Shown here one piece after another: positions 62,687 to 64,000 of a DNA stretch of 64,000 bases. The notes under the pieces are model-generated. The model was not told the origin of the DNA. It saw nothing but the letters and a program-made list of their open reading frames with translations, and did not search any database. The stretch is from Octopus vulgaris. Taxonomy: Eukaryota. How positions within the stretch are numbered: position 1 is the first letter of the stretch; each line of letters begins with the position of its first letter. Made by a program: the position numbers and the translations under genes. Location of the stretch: the NCBI GenBank assembly GCA_951406725.2, contig OX597815.1, positions 21,452,001-21,516,000 on the forward strand, given 5' to 3'.

Positions 62687-63508
62687 GTTTGTATGTACTT
62701 AATATTTGCTTTACTCAGGTTAATATTTTCCTTATGGAATGGCCCATTTCCAGTCTCTTCTGTATTGTAGAATTAGCTACATACTAGTCTCTAATCTTTG
62801 CTCATCAGAAATTTTAATTTTGTTATTTATTGCATATGTACCCATTGAAAGTACATTCTGACACCTCATCTCCACCATCCTTTCTCCCTTTCCTTTTATG
62901 GTAGTCATGCATCTTCTGTAAATGAAGATACCTGTTTCTGTCCTATCAAACTCTCAATGCCTAGTACAAAACCACCTTCCTCACTATCGCAATTGCATTC
63001 TGTTGAGGTTTTGTCTGAGTTACTTGGTGACCACTAATTTTGTTGCTATGAAGAAAGCAGCCAGTTCATTGTATAATGGTTGACACTAGGAAGGGCATCT
63101 GGCCGTAGAGACCATTCCAAAGTAGACATTGAAGTCGAACACAGTCCTTTGGCTTGTCTGTACCTATTGAACCTTTCAACCCATGCCAGCATGTTAGATC
63201 ATGGGGTCGACAATGCATGATTTGTTGAAATTGCTTCCATTTTAGAACTTTTATTCACATCACCAAGTTTACTGATTTTTTTTTTCCTCTCCATCATTTT
63301 GTACAAACAAGTTTTTAGGAAAGTTTTGTATTAATTGTAATAATACATTGAATGTTTAGCCATTTAGAAGTTATTCCCTGAGTGTTCAAGAAGGTTAATG
63401 AATTAGAAATGTGTGTTGGAGCTAACTTACTGTTCTGATTAGTTATGTAAATATTTGGAAACAGTTATCTTATCCTGTCTGTTTTTCTGTTCCATTTTTG
63501 TTTTTTAG

Positions 63509-63748
63509 CTGCTTATGTCATGAAAATTCTTCAGATCATGTAAATATCTGCTGTCAGCTACCAAGTGATAAATGTGAATCTGCAGTCCCTCATCAGCATC
63601 TTGGTTTTCTGCATGATTCTAACTATTGTGTGGCGGATGTTAGTGCTGCCTCTATATCCAGTACAACATCTAGTAGTTGTTCCTCAAGTCCTGTGATTGA
63701 TTTAGATCAGTTACCACTTAGCATAGATGAATGTTCTCAGCCTCTTCA
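63509..63748 (+). CDS. FAM193A: FAM193A-like exon: CLCHENSSDHVNICCQ...SAASISSTTSSSCSSSPVIDLDQLPLSIDECSQPL
   Basis: tttgttttttag acceptor, CA|gtaagt donor, 240 nt open. CxC...H motif followed by a Ser-rich SSSP tract as in FAM193A. Phase 2 to 2; the gene continues beyond the window. Confidence 0.85.
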
Positions 63749-64000
63749 GTAAGTTATAAGCTTATCCTTTGATGATTGTGATTTTTGAAGTTATTTTTGA
63801 AGACGTAGATTCAATAGCCAGAATATTTAAGGCTTTTTAGTTATTTCACTTCTATTATAGTTAATAAAAGGTGTTTCTTAGTAAAGATCATTTATCAGAC
63901 TAGCTGGTTTGTTTTTAATATGCACTGATTGCATTTATTTTTTCTAAATTAAACAATTAAACACCAATTTTTTAAAGCTCATTTTAATAGAGATATTTCA

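Overview
AT-rich, microsatellite- and repeat-dense metazoan DNA. The repeat families (RTE-LINE 3' tails ending in (ATG)n, tRNA-derived SINEs) resemble those I know from octopus genomes; that assignment is an inference. The main gene is a + strand FAM193A-like gene with 8 phase-compatible coding exons at 27506-27644, 44834-44883, 48003-48112, 52054-52264, 56523-56647, 60647-60791, 62577-62686 and 63509-63748; neither its 5' nor its 3' end was located. The introns hold a young RTE LINE (629-aa open frame, reverse transcriptase with an inserted PHD-type finger, foreign tandem-repeat 5' block), many RTE fragments and tails, SINEs, and mariner, piggyBac and Tigger-type remnants. The most interesting signals are RNA-structural. 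(1) A near-perfect ~80-bp inverted repeat with arms 4.8 kb apart brackets two exons totalling 321 nt, phase 0 to phase 0, which would give a stop-free circRNA or in-frame skipping; the LINE insertion splits its right arm. (2) Four degenerate hammerhead-ribozyme motifs, three of them within inverted-repeat structures. (3) A ~200-nt intronic hairpin. Most short ORFs in the supplied track are spurious. All calls come from reading the sequence by eye; no searches were run.
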